This document shows positions 1 to 14,616 of a DNA stretch of 64,000 bases, piece after piece. Positions within the stretch are counted from its first letter, which is position 1. Each line of letters starts with the position of its first letter. This DNA is from Octopus vulgaris (taxonomy: Eukaryota): assembly GCA_951406725.2 (NCBI GenBank), contig OX597831.1, positions 37,200,001 through 37,264,000 on the forward strand, read 5' to 3'. The notes beneath the pieces are model-generated. The model ran no database searches. It saw nothing but the letters and a program-made list of their open reading frames with translations, and had not been told where the DNA came from. Made by a program: the position numbers and the translations under genes.

Positions 1-70
1 GTTACCCTGTGAAAATATTAGTTATTAATTAAAACATGTATTTGTTATTAATTAATAATGTTTAATCATT

Positions 71-155
<85 letters not shown>

Positions 156-1449
156 ATATTTGTGTATGTGTATTTATATATATACATATGTATATATATG
201 TATATATATATGCATATATATGTACATATATATATATGTATATTATATATGTACACATATATATATATAGATGTATACATATGCCTGCTTATCTAACTAT
301 ATGTCTGCACATTTGTACATTCATACATGAAGACAAACGTATATATATATATATATGTAAATATACGCATATACTCACCTATATAGTACACATATATATC
401 TACACATTCATAAAACACACACACACACACACATAACACTCACTACAGGCTGTGTGACTATGTGACTTCTGTGAGTGCGTATTGAGCACTTTAGTGATTT
501 AATAGAACATCAAGGAAGAGAAAATTGCATCTAACCACGTTTACGACAGCATATTCATACACACAGAAACAGATGGGCACGCATACAATGTAGAAAACAC
601 ATATGCTGATGTACTTAGGCATACACATACAGACATAACCACACGTGGAGACGTATACGTATATCTATAAATATATAAACTAGATCTAAGTTCTATAATC
701 AATGGAGCTGCATCTCATACATTTTTGTGTACTTTATCTTTGAAAAATTAATGAAGGCTAAACAAAAATCAAAGCAAAATTCTTTTAACAACAAAGCGAA
801 GTAAATAAGCCATTGCAAGTATTTTGGTTAGGAAGCAATTTTTGTTGAATATATAAACACACATATAAATTTTAATTTCTTCCATAGAGTGGTGATTGGG
901 TTGACGTTGGCCTTTTACTTGTTTGAGAACAAAGTGTGGTAAATAAAGCATCGCATGTATCGTGTTTGAGGACCAACCGTTGTTGTATATAAACACATTT
1001 TAATTTGCATCATAGGCCGGTGCTTGAGCGATGTGCGCTTTTTTAGCTGTTCGAGAACAAAGTGTAATAAATGAGCCGTTGTATGTAGCATGATGCAGTG
1101 TTAGTTTATTGTATTCGTTTATTCTTTTATATTTTTATTCCTTGACTTGTTCACACAGCCGTTGGGTTCTAGTCAATTATATCCACTGAAATAAATCCCC
1201 CCCATACACACATACACACAAACACACGCACACACAAACACAAATATATAAATATACATGCATATGTATATACGTATATGCATAAATATATATAAATACT
1301 AATATATATATATATAAGTTTAACTATGTATATGATTATATGTATGTATATGTATGAATTTCTCACTCTCTCACTCTGTATATATATACAAACATGTACA
1401 CACACACACACACACACATACACACACACACTAACACACACACACACAC

Positions 1450-1519
<70 letters not shown>

Positions 1520-2159
1520 GGTACCCCAGCATAGCTGCAGTAATATGAAACAGATAAAAGAATAACAGAATATATACATATATATATACAAATATCAAGG
1601 TTTTTATACAAAGTACAAATTAAACAGAAATCAAAACATGGGTTACAGAGAGACATGCGGGGTGCGGGGCGATAGTTTCTTGTATGGCATTTATCAAATT
1701 TTCGGAATTCGATGTCATACACAAAACTCTTAATCATCGATTCGCTCTTTATCTCTTGCCAATCAAAGGACAACACGTACGCATATTCACACCACGATAC
1801 ATATATGAAAGTGTGTATGTATGTATGTATGTATGACTGTGTTTGTGTGTGTGAGTATATTTATTTGTTTGTGTGCGTGTATATGTGTGTGTGTGTGAGT
1901 GTGTTTTTATAAACACGGGAGGGCAGAAACAATAAAAATGTAAAAAGTGTGTTTGATTTTATTAGTATCTGAACTTCATATCTTTAAACGTATCTACCTT
2001 TCTAGAGCTATTTTGCCCGATGTTTTAAGTAATTTACCATATGAGTAGTGTTTGACTTTTCTCGCAGTCACATGAAACAAGACTGGCAATGTCCCGTGCC
2101 GTTGAACCATTTCGATTTCTTACCTTGCCAATTTTGTTTCAAGGAACAGCAAAAAACCT

Positions 2160-2560
2160 CACATACACCTCATATAGCAAAAATACTTAGAAGATAGGAC
2201 AAAACAGCTTGAGAGAGGCGGTTACGTTCCTAAAGATTTTAAGCTCAGATACTAATATGTCATCGCATACAAGAACATTTTAGCCACTTTCGTAGATTGG
2301 AGCTTATGTTATATGACAGTTCCAATATATGGAAGCAAAATTTGGTAAGTAAAAGAGTCTTTGTATCGCCCTCCTATCTTTTTCCTCTCACAGCATTTCA
2401 AAGCCTTGAACTCCTCCAAAACCTCTAGTATGTCTGTACACCCCGGTATACATACACATGTCAAGCCCAGCAATGCTTTCGGTTGCTTCATACAGAGAAA
2501 AGTGCCCGTTCTGGTTGTGATTCTCCCAGTAAATTCAAAGCCTAAGCCCCAAAAGCTGTA
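2160..2560 (-). pseudogene. Possible hAT transposase C-terminal relic
   Basis: DILEVLEEFKALK and ERNRLSQAVLSYLLSI resemble the hAT dimerisation-domain RNRL...L..L. Frameshifted. Confidence 0.3.
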
Positions 2561-4001
2561 CAAATACCAACGAAGCCTTTTAAATTCTGACCGTGTTAAT
2601 TAACCCCTACATTTGGAAGCATCCTTTAGTTTTTCCTATTCCAAAGAAAGCCCAGTTTTCTTCTCTAACCAACTATTCCCCTTCTGCCCTCATTTGTAAC
2701 ACCTCCTATCGAAGAGAGACGAAAATCAGTATTTCGTCTCTCCCTCTCTCCCACTCTTTCTCTCTCTTGCTCTCACTTTCTCACACGCTATGCTTCTCAA
2801 AGAGACACACTCTCTTTCTCTCTCTATCTCTCACTCTTTCACACACGCACATACACACACTCACTGTATTTACTGACCACTACTACAGCTTCTGTGATGG
2901 TGCGTGGCTTACTGGTTAGAACGTTAGACTCATGGTCGTAAGATTGCGGTTTCGATTCCTGTAGTGGGCGACTTACATACATACATACATACAAACAGAC
3001 ATACATACATACATGTATATATATATATGTAAGTATGCATGTATGTGTATATAGAAAGATACCCCCATATATACATATATACATGCATATGTGTATGCGT
3101 GTGTATAAATATATAAATACTATTTATTTATTATTTAGTATTTTATTTAGTTTTACATTAATGTTTTATCGTATCTTTATTTTTTTTTCTGTATGGTATG
3201 ATTTAAGTATATCATTGCTGAATTGCTTCATGGTGGTTCTTCTCTAATTTATATACACGGATATATATATATATTCATATATGTATGTATATAATCTTGA
3301 AGTTTCGAACTTATTAACAACATTCAATTTCTACTTCACAGAAACTCCAGGTGCGATACACTTTCTCCAATGCTTCAATAGAAATACTTGCTTCGTACTG
3401 CATATTTCTCTCTTATGCGACTTGCCTTTCGTTTAACTTCAGAATTTTCGCTATAGATTGCAACAATTTGCTAATAAAACTTTTCGGCATCACAAAAGAC
3501 AATTCTAGAAATAGAAAGTGGATTTCTGTGACACTTGTTTCAAGTTTTGTAAATTAATTGAGAAAATTCAAGTGATGTCATAGTATAACATTTGCTGCTC
3601 TATTGTATGTGCTGTATCTTTCCACAGAAATATATGAATAGTTATATATATATTATATATTTTTTCTTGAAAGTAGAAACTATATCAAATATATTTTTCA
3701 ACAATAAAACAAAATAAGAAATTACAGAATAAGCATCCTATAATAATTACCATCAATTATATTTCAGATTCAAAATCTTAATTCATTAAAAGAAGATAAT
3801 CTATCTAAAAGCTCAGTTCTATCATGCTCATTATAAATGATTAATTTTCCAAAACGTCGAAGCCGGAGGAAAGGGAAGTTTTTCTCAGGTACCAATGTCT
3901 GCAGTTCATGAATTAACTGCGACATACTTTTTCTAGCAACAGATGAAGCATATCTTGTACATGTTGAGAAACATATGTATGTGTGTATGTATAAATGTAT
4001 G

Positions 4002-4032
<31 letters not shown>

Positions 4033-4265
4033 ATATGTATGTATGTATTAGTGAGTATATAAATGTACAGATAGATACTTTTAAAAATAAATGTATATAC
4101 ACAATCACTCACGCACACATATATATATGAACATATATGTGTATCTATCATTTTCTGTCTTTTCCTCTCTCTCTCTCTCTCTCTCTCTCACACGCATTGA
4201 GTCGTCGAAGCAGTTCTACGTTTATTTGTGGTGTCCTTGTTTGATGTTATGTTTTGTTTTCTCGT

Positions 4266-4337
<72 letters not shown>

Positions 4338-5109
4338 TGTATATACATATAGATGTAGGTATGTACATATATGTATGTATGTATGTATGCATATGTTTTA
4401 TTTATTAAATTGTTATTATATGACTGAACGCCTCGCGTTGTTTTCTTCTTCTCCAAGTAAGTTTTTATTATTTATATATATATAGAGAGAGAGAGATAGA
4501 TAGATAGATAGATACATGGATACATACACACACACACACACATATATAACTATATATCTATGAATATATAACACTATGAACTGGTAGCCGCACGTGGAGA
4601 AATGATAGGAAAGGAAAAAGTAATAATAATAAGGCAGAATGCTAAACTTAAGGCAAATTTTAATATAAATGAGTGTAAGGAAAAGTAAAATAGGAAATCA
4701 ATCTGACTTTCATTGCAAGGCAAATTTTAAAGATGAGGAAGGGGAAAAAATATTTTTTAATGAGGAAGGGGAAAACATTTATCATGTTTTTTCAAAGAAA
4801 TAATAATAAATATATACAAAAATTAATAAATAGGTATACCAATACATCATAGTGTCTTTAAGCTTTTAAAGTTCAATATCATTCCATGGAAAAAAACTTG
4901 TTTGAAGGATTAGGATGCATGTGTTTTAGTGTAGTGTTTTGTTCGAGAAGGTTGGATGTTTATATGTCAAAACAAGAAATGGGGTAGGAGTTATCCAGTT
5001 CCTGTTAATTAAGGGAGACAATTCTGTGGGTTTTATATTCCATAATTGGAATGCTGGATTTGTTTCGAACATGATGCTTATATCAATTTTTTGTCAAACA
5101 GGATGCTAG

Positions 5110-5440
5110 AAAAATGAATACGGTCACCGTGGAGTTTGCATATTAAGAAGCATTTGGAATTTTTCAATAAAAGATTCTCCTTGTTGATTCTTTCTTGTAT
5201 TAATTGGTTGAAGGAGAGGTTTTCTTTTAGCTTCTCGTCCATAATACCCAAGCTTATGCAGATATGTAACATACGTTCTAGGACTAACTTCTACCTGTTT
5301 TGCGATGTTAGAAGCCTTGGAACGGGGTTCATTTTCCACAGTTATCTTCAAACAGCGAAGCTTCCTTTCCGAGGGCCCAGGTCGACCGGGACGAGAATCT
5401 GTTGATTCTTTTCCTTTGCTTTTGAATTGCACTATAATTT
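5110..5440 (-). pseudogene. Tc1-like transposase N-terminal relic
   Basis: RPGRP...[33 protein letters not shown]...[17 protein letters not shown]: GRP and RKPLL flanking the second HTH of Tc1 transposases. Confidence 0.75.
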
Positions 5441-5801
5441 TATTAACAGTAGTAAGAGGAATTTGAAGATTTTCGGCAAATTTTCACTGGCTAATACCAG
5501 AATCAAATGGCCCAACAATACGATCTCTTTGAAAATCTGACAGTTCTGCTGAATTTGTTTTCTGTGTGGCATGGTTAGTCTTAGCAAATGTTTAATATAA
5601 TGGCACCTGGAATGAAAAAGAATAATTACATTGTAAATTCTACACTGCTGAAAACATATTAAGAGGCTTAGATCAGAAATTTTGAAAATAAAAGCAGTCT
5701 ATTTCCTTCCTGCATGTCTGTATGTATATATATATGTATGTATATATATGCATATATTTATACATACATTTATACATACATACATACATACACACACACA
5801 T

Positions 5802-5833
<32 letters not shown>

Positions 5834-6654
5834 GTTATATATGTTATATATGAATGTGTATGTCCATTCATCGCCGCACCGATTTACAACCGGTGCTAGT
5901 CTGTTTACATCACCGGATCTTAGATGCTCAGCCAAAATTTTATTAGAATAACTACTAGACCTACAAAATGGATGATAGGTTTTAATTTGACTGAATAAAT
6001 CTACAAGACGGTGCTTCAGCTTGCCGTTGTCCGATAATTGGAAGACGAGTGAGAGAGGAGGAGAGAGAGAGAGAGAGAAAGAAAGAAAGAAAGAGAAAGA
6101 GTGAGAGAGAATGGAGGCTAGATTTCTTGGATTTTGAGTGATTGTGAGTACAATTTCCTAGAATATATATATCGCCCCCAATACACGGCTGGTATATTAT
6201 TTGGTCGATTTTCCATATAACAAAAGCGAAATCAACTTAGTCATGATTTGAACTGAGAGACGCAGTATTATTTACACATCCTCTCACTTGTTCATAACAT
6301 AACTATTCCTTTGTTAACGATATCTTTGTGCTTAATCAAAAGAAATTATTATTAATGAATAAAAGAAATGATTTTTTTTTTAATGAACCGAGCTAATTAA
6401 GGGAACCATTCTGAAAAGACTAACAGATTGCCTGAGCTCTTTTGTGTTCGAATTCCATAGAAATAAGCAATTCAACATGTAATATTCGTAGTATGGCGTT
6501 TTCTTGCATTTGTACCGATTCGTCTGCATTTGTTAGCTTCATGTTTAGATCAAGCTTTTGTGAAAACTTGTACAACTTAACTATGGAGAACATTGCAAGA
6601 CCAAAAACGAATAAAAAAGAAAGAATAACAAATTTATTATTATTAAAGAAGAAA

Positions 6655-7075
<421 letters not shown>

Positions 7076-9384
7076 TCCACTATTATCTTTCTTATTGGTG
7101 TTACTTCGGCATTGATTTGTGATATATTTTTTTTTCCTTGAGTCTGTGTGCTCATTGCATTTAAAAAAAAATCTTAATTATAATTATAATCACTAAAATG
7201 TGAAAAAAAAAAAAAACCAACGAAATACTTATGATTAGAAAATTGTAATTATGAGAAATTAAAATAAAGAATGAAATAATTCTGAATATGAAAACACGTA
7301 ATGTTCAGAAACAAATTGCAGAAAATGCTACCGAGTTTTTTTCCTATGACATTTTGGTTTAAGGTGCACAAAGTAAATAAATAAATAATATAAAAAAGAA
7401 GAAAGGCAAGACTCTGTTTCTTTACCATGTTCTCTCATTAACTTGTATTTTGCCAATGATGCAATGTTGAATTTAGTATCTAAAAAGGCAGTTATTAAAT
7501 GACTTTTCAGGTGACTAATTAAGGAAGTGTGTATAAAGTTCAGGTGATTTAGGTTATAAGTTTGTGACTAAAGCAAGGGTAGATGCAGTAAAAAAAGTGC
7601 ATATGCAGATGTAGTACTCTGCTTATATTCATTTAATTCTCTAAAGAAATGTATATTATTTCTGTAATATTCATTTTTGTAATAATACGGTTAAAAGCTC
7701 CATAGTCTATTTAGTTACAGATACAGGAAATCTTCCAAAATGAAATCAAATCGAAGGAAACAATATATAATTGTTACAGAGCAGTCTTTTGTCGTTGAGT
7801 ACCAACCGGATGCTGTTGCAACTCCCAAACTCTCTCTCCAGCTATCACATCCTAGATGTTTCGGTGAGTCAGAGATAAGAGGATCGAAAAGGTATCTATG
7901 TTTGCTCGCGGACACATAGACACCTAAAACAATTAGTAAAGGTATGGAGTACATTACCAAACCATACTCGCTTGCCAGTGATGTCTGACTGTACTCTGAG
8001 GTACTTATTCTTGGCTAGTCATATCAATGACTAAAGGAAGTGAACCTAAGATTATCCCCACTATTATTCATATACAGCATATTCCGTTTACAATATTAAA
8101 AGCGTCAGTCGTTTTCTTAATAGTAGTATGCAAATTGAGGAATATGTGAGTGATATTTCTATCAGGTTTCGTACACGTATTCCCTGTCGAGGATTTATCG
8201 TATGTAAAAGATTATTAATCTGTTAGGTATCCATGTTTTGAATGTAATGTAAAAAGTTTCAGCATAAAGAGAAAGCAAAAACTTATGCAAAGTAATAGAT
8301 TCAAGTCCTAATTCTCTGGTGTCATTCCATGCTTAGATAGAATTGATTTTAGTTACATAACAAGTATCTTGAAAGCTCATGCAATATGTCATATCTGACA
8401 AAATCGTGGCAGGAAACAAACTATTAGATAAGTTATTGTTATACAGCACATATTTCGTGAATTGAAACGTGCTACAAAATTTTAATTGTATTTTGAGCGG
8501 CAAAACACTTTATTTTCCTTATCTCCTTAGTTCAATCTGTATTAAATCATACCATATTCTCTTACAAAGGAAAAAAAACGTACATCCAAAGCTTCGTTTG
8601 TCAAGGAATATTTACGAAGGAAAAGTCACGCCATTATAGCCGAAGTTATATAAAGAAATGTCCTGATGGCTAGAGTGATTGTGCGTCTCACCGACGAGTG
8701 CTATCTCGGGGTTAAACTACGAAAAGTATAAACGTACTACATATGCTTTATGACTCATGCAACTTCCAGCAAAAGAAAAGCTAAATGCTAGATGTTAAAA
8801 AATCCTCAGAGTTTAACAGCTAATTAGCAACATGTCGACGCTTATGCAACTTGCTATGTTCTCAACATGTCTAAATATTACTAAAAAATACATCCGAAAT
8901 ATTTTTGCTTCAAAGCAATTTTCGCGGTTAAACTTTAAACTTAAAAGCATATCTCAGATAATATATTCATTCAAAAACAACCTTGTTAATATTTCATTAA
9001 TAATGGATTAGCTAATTCTTTTTTCGACAATACGATGAAAGCAAAATGCTGACTTCTAATATAACTTCCAAAATGAATCGATAGTTTTTTTTGTCTTTCC
9101 AAACTTTGAAACAAGTAAATTTTTATTATAATCACAGAGTTTCCTTGGGATTAAATAATATGAAATCTTAAACTCTAAGATATTTTAAATTTTTTTTTTT
9201 ATTTTGTGAGTTGCATGCCGATATACATACATACATGCATACATACATAGTTGTACGTACATACTTATATACACATACTTACACTTATTTATACACACAC
9301 GCACACATATATACGACTCAGTGAAAATGCCGATACATATTTAAAATTTTGGACTAAAACATACAGCTGCTGCTGCTACCACTA

Positions 9385-9458
<74 letters not shown>

Positions 9459-9871
9459 GTTGCTGCATCTTTTCATTGTGATATATTCAGATTATAAACA
9501 TTGGTTCCTTCCACAACAGAAAACACCTCAAATTAATAGCGAGAATATGACAACGGTTACAGTTCATACATTTGTTCTGTATATGTAAGTAGTTGGTGAA
9601 ATAGCCCAGAGAGAAAATTCTTCTCCTAGACATTATGCGTTAAAACGCATAGCTGAAGATACGAAAGAGGGCAGAAACGCAGTCATCCGGTGATGATATT
9701 CACTGCCCAGTTGTGTTTCAACATACGACGTCTAGATGGAGAATCTTTTCACGGGTCAACTTCCGCAGTGAAAAATTTTTCTAAGTCTGAATGTACTCGA
9801 GTGTGTAAGTAAGACAATACACGAATATATTTCATTCAATGCTGCCCGTCAGTCGCCTTTACATGTATATA

Positions 9872-9921
<50 letters not shown>

Positions 9922-10029
9922 GGTCCCGGGTTGAGTCGGGGTTAACCACAGTAAATAAGATACTCAATACATAGCAGAGTAACAGTTCTAGTCCTGTAGA
10001 AGCTCCTTCTATAAAATAAATAAATATAT

Positions 10030-11240
10030 ATATATATATTTATGTAAATTTAAAATGACGGTGAGAAATTTAATATTAATTTAATTAATATCAATTTCAC
10101 ATCAGTGGTCTAGCATATAAAGAAAACTGAAGGTTCACTAAAATTGTATCATATACACTATATATATATATTTTGTATTATATTCACTTGGACGGTCACA
10201 CCGAAGATCTACGGAGATCTTGCGTAATATGGTGATAGTGAAACATGTATGAGAATAATCCATATTATTATTGCTTTTCTTTTGTCTTGCTTGATTACGT
10301 TTTGGTTATTTGCTGAATTTATTTCTTGAGAATATTTGTTAGTGGTAAAAACCATAGCGTATCTATTTCTAACATAAGGGCATCCACATAGTGGTTTCCT
10401 TCTCATATGTATATACTAACTGACCAGTTATATCTGGCTGTAGCCCCTGGTCTACGTACTTTGGACAATGGGTGGATTGAATAAATGCCTACTTGTAGTA
10501 AGAGAAAAATTATATTAAATTAATAAGCAATTTATTATGATAATTACTATTTCTTAGTACTTAGTACTATAAACAAAATTATTACTACTAACACTGTATT
10601 GTACTTTTACACCTCATTTGACCTACCCTGTTTGCGTTAATAGCTATTATTTTTCTAACCTATGACCCCTCCGTACATAGGAGTAGCCCATGAAATACCC
10701 CTTTTATTTTATTTTAAAGTTTGGTCATTTACTTCTTGGAATTTTCGAAAATTCCACTGATACTATTTAAAAGAATAAATGGTATAAACACGCAACTTGA
10801 CACGACTCTCACCATATTCAACCTTTCCTTCTTCTTTTCTTCTCTCTTCTTTTTATTTATTTATTTATTTATTTCCCACTCTGACGAAGCTCCGTGATTC
10901 AAATCAGTTTTATTACCAACTATGATAAATATTTTCTAAGCATCATAATGGATATTCCAGAGAAACATTGGTAGCAGAAACAGCTGTTAGATGGGATGCA
11001 GTCTTCTGGTAAATTATTAATAAATGATAATTGATTAAAATCAATTGCTGTTCATCAATGTTTCTCCATTTTATGTTTTCTTTAAATTTTGATTTCTGAT
11101 AAACTCCTGTTTGTCCTTGTCTTTATCTAAAATTTATGAGCATAACATTTGGGCACATGTTTCAATATAGGTAATATAGAGGTAGTATTTTGGATGTTTT
11201 TATCCCCTAAATGGTTATTCTAGCCTCTAACCTTATACAT
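10030..11240 (+). mobile_element. Penelope-like element (PLE) relic
   Basis: LRTLDN/GLNK remnant near 10451-10485 (L.TL...GLN C-terminus typical of GIY-YIG PLEs), a hammerhead-like motif at 10874-10996, and an AAATTTAATATTAATTTAATTAATATCAAT block shared with rc(60085-60115). Confidence 0.55.
10874..10996 (+). ncRNA. Hammerhead ribozyme-like motif with long loop II
   Basis: TCCCACT | CTGACGA A GCT...AGC A GAAA | palindromic ACAGCTGT | T | AGATGGGA (stem I of 7 bp with one bulge). Confidence 0.55.
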
Positions 11241-11246
11241 ATATAT

Positions 11247-11610
11247 ACCAACCCCATGGTTCCGGGCTCAGTCCCACAGCGTGGCAATCTTGGGCAAATG
11301 TCTTCTACTATAGCCTCGGGCCGATTAAAGCCTTGTGAGTGGATTTGGTAGACGGAAACTGAAAGAAGCTCGTCGTATATATATATATGTGTATGTATAA
11401 ATATGTGTGTCTGTGTTTGTCCCCCCAACATTGCTTGACAACCGATGCTGTTGTGTTTACGTCCCCGATTCGGCAAGAGAGACCAATAGAATAAGTACTA
11501 GGCTTACAAATAATAAGTCCGGTGTTGATTTGCTCGACTAAAGGCGGTGCTCCATTATGGCCGCAGTAAAAGAACTGAAACAAAGAAAATAATGAAAGAA
11601 AAAAGAAAAG
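11247..11610 (+). mobile_element. SINE family A, slightly 5'-truncated
   Basis: Colinear with rc(58599-59016) from the B box to the tail. Confidence 0.85.
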
Positions 11611-11611
11611 T

Positions 11612-11650
<39 letters not shown>

Positions 11651-12079
11651 CGTGTGTGAGTAACTCTAGAGTCACACCCTTATTTATAGAGGTAATGCTC
11701 TATACAAAACCACAGGCACCCACCACGTCGGTCCGGGCTGGTGTCAGGGGTCATAAATTCCTACAGCGTTGTCTGTATCCTTGAGGAGATCGTGCCATTC
11801 TTCTCTTTGTCGCGCACAAAAGTTTATTTCGATCTGAAAGTGCTGCACACCTAGTCAGGAACACTAAACCCCAACTGACCTGCAAGTGGAGGCGAATCAC
11901 GATCTTTATTATGCAATATAAACGGATATGCAATGTAGCAAGGTTTCTTATGCTAAAAATACAAAAGTTGATGTATGGAAACCTATTTTGTTTTGTGCGT
12001 TTATAGATAGCTGATGAAATGAAGTTGTCCCATTGAACTTAATTTTATTCCTCGTGCCTCTCTGAAAATACCTGAAGGG

Positions 12080-12133
<54 letters not shown>

Positions 12134-12509
12134 CAGATAGACTAAGAGAGACAGCAGATACGTATAGTACGAATATGTACACGTTATTCGGTGTCACTCG
12201 TTCGATTTGCGTAATTCATGGTACAACAGTTACTATAAAGAATGCAAATGTAATTAGAAGTGTAGTAGCGTTCAATACAAACAGACATGCGCGCTATAGG
12301 CCTTGGTCTTAAAAATACTAAAATATTGTATTGCAATGACCTAGTCATCAATTCATATGGTTGATGTTGTCCCTGAATATGGACATATACAGTGTTGTCT
12401 TCAGACCAGCATTGTTGACTTTCCTTAATTGGTGTCATTGTCATTATAGCAGTATTTCCGTTGATTTCTCTTTTTTTTTCTTCGAATACAACTTGGTAAA
12501 TAGATATAA

Positions 12510-12720
12510 AACAGAAGCCATTCAAGGAGTCAGTGACTTGTTGAGGGAAAGGCTGAAAGAATCATCAGACCAGAAACCTAATACAATTCACTGCATCACT
12601 CAAGCACCATGTCAGGTGGAGTTGATATTAAACCGTGCAGCATAGATTTTCCGACACATGGTGAATCAAAGGCTGTAACAGATGACTTTTAACACCTGCT
12701 TCTGCAGCTAAGGTTATGAA
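12510..12720 (+). pseudogene. hAT (Charlie/Buster-like) transposase relic
   Basis: GVSDLLRERLKESSDQKPNTIHCITQAPC resembles the IHCIIHQ.ALC (CxxH) segment. Confidence 0.4.
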
Positions 12721-14339
12721 ACTCGCACGCACACTCACACACACAAATAATTCGTTTTCTCAGAGATGAACAAGTATTTATTGTTAAAAGGAGGAGTATA
12801 AGCACACATGAAACCGATGTTTTCTCAATCACAAAACGTACCGTGACATGAGATGGAAACTGTGACCACGAAGGTCCGAATCAAATCTCTTAACTACATA
12901 GTCGTTCCTTTTCCCTCGTTGGTGTTACTGTGCAAAATGTTTTTAACAGAAGTTTCACTGGAATTGATTTTCGACTGTATCTCCTTGTTATAAAAGTAGA
13001 TTTTTATCAAAATCTCTGTTAAAAGAATAAATTGACTTATTTTTTCTGTCTTAAATTGAATTTCAATCTTGCCTCAGATATAATTGCGTAAATGTAGATG
13101 CGCTCCTGCTGTGTGTCTGTGCCTGCCAATCTATATATATATGTAGTAATATATCATGTATTATAAAATGGTTGTTGCTATCGTTGTCTAGCCCCAGGCC
13201 ATCCCTGATTGAGCCGACTTATGATCAAAGGTTTGATTTCAAGAATACTGTAATATGAAATGTTTTGTATATGTATATATATTGTATGTAAGTACGTATG
13301 GATATGTTTTTGTGTGTTTCTACGTTTGATCTTCAGAACAAAAGAAGGCAACTCCTGAAAGAGCGTGAAGGTGAGGGTGAGGTTAAAGGTGGTTGGCAGG
13401 AAGGTTGGAGAGACGGCGTACAAAAGCCAGACGTTCCTGTCTAAACTATGACTCTCCACCATTCTTTACTATGTTGAGAAAAGAATCATCAAATAAATTC
13501 AACAGCGAAAAAATAAAGGAAAGTAAAAAGGAAAGAACACACAAATAATAATGTGAAGTTGTATTCTAATAAAGTATCAGATAAGGAATTTGCAACACGG
13601 ATTTTAATTTCATGAATAATATGTGTATACAGCTTTATATGAATTCGAGATAGAATCTAAATCCTCTGTGGCTTCCTTCAACAGCAATTATCTGGCTAAG
13701 AACGCGGTAGTAATCTGTAGGTAATATAATATGACTGTCCAAAAGAAACACTGTGCTCTGTAGATAACAGCAAAGCAAGGTCTGTTTCCTACAGTGCAAT
13801 TACTGCGTAAACTTAAATCGTGTTTATGATATCTAATAAAGTTTTAGATGTGATCTTACTAATAAATGAAATACTACAAGGATGAAAAGACAATTTGCAA
13901 AGTTATTGTTGTGATAAAGCAACACTACAAAAACCGTGGAATATTTCAGGTTGTAAAAAAAAGAAAATGAATTCCATGATGGGTGTAATTTACCCCTTAA
14001 AGATAAAAAAAAATTGCACGAACCCAAAGCACGACAGATGAATCAGTCGGTGTGGGGAGAAATCAATTAAACAATATATTCTATTGTTTTAATTTCTCAT
14101 CTCAATTTGTTTCAGTTACATATAAACTTGCATTCACCCAACTCCACAACAATGCGTACACACAGCTTACATTTGCATCCATACATCCTACGGATCTAGT
14201 CGCGTTTTGCCTCAACTCCATTTCACCTTTCTCATTTCTTCTTTACATGTCTCAACTCTCTACCTCTGTCATCATCGTTCATTTAATCTTTACTTTGATT
14301 TTCACGAAGAAAAAATAAAATACAGCATAAGCAATAAAG

Positions 14340-14480
14340 GACAGTCGAAGTAGTTCTACAAGATTCGGCACTAGATAAACACAGACCAGCAAAGTAGACT
14401 CTGCTTGGGCCTGCAGAATGTGTGGAATAATAGCCGAATTTCCTCAAAATGAACATTTGCATCATATAAAAGATACATAG
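14340..14480 (+). pseudogene. Very old RLE-element relic (zinc-knuckle region)
   Basis: VLQDSALDKHR.../ACRMCGIIAE resembles AAQDQ.L.TR...CRICG...E. Short and decayed. Confidence 0.3.
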
Positions 14481-14616
14481 TAGACAATATAGTCCAATAT
14501 GTAAAATTAGACGCGATGTTCATTTATAGCTTCTCAATAAAAACTGAATCGGAGCTAAACAACATCATCATTGCCGTCATCATCAGCAAAAGAAAATATT
14601 AACATCATTAAGCGTT

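Noticed and set aside
3770-3960. LIHELQTLVP as bHLH helix 1
   Set aside because: No basic region or helix 2; the similarity is too short.
11730-11880. Minus-strand exon-like peptide IEINFCARQREEWHDLL
   Set aside because: It ends in a stop, has no partner exon, and resembles an RTE LINE C-terminus. Too weak to call either way.
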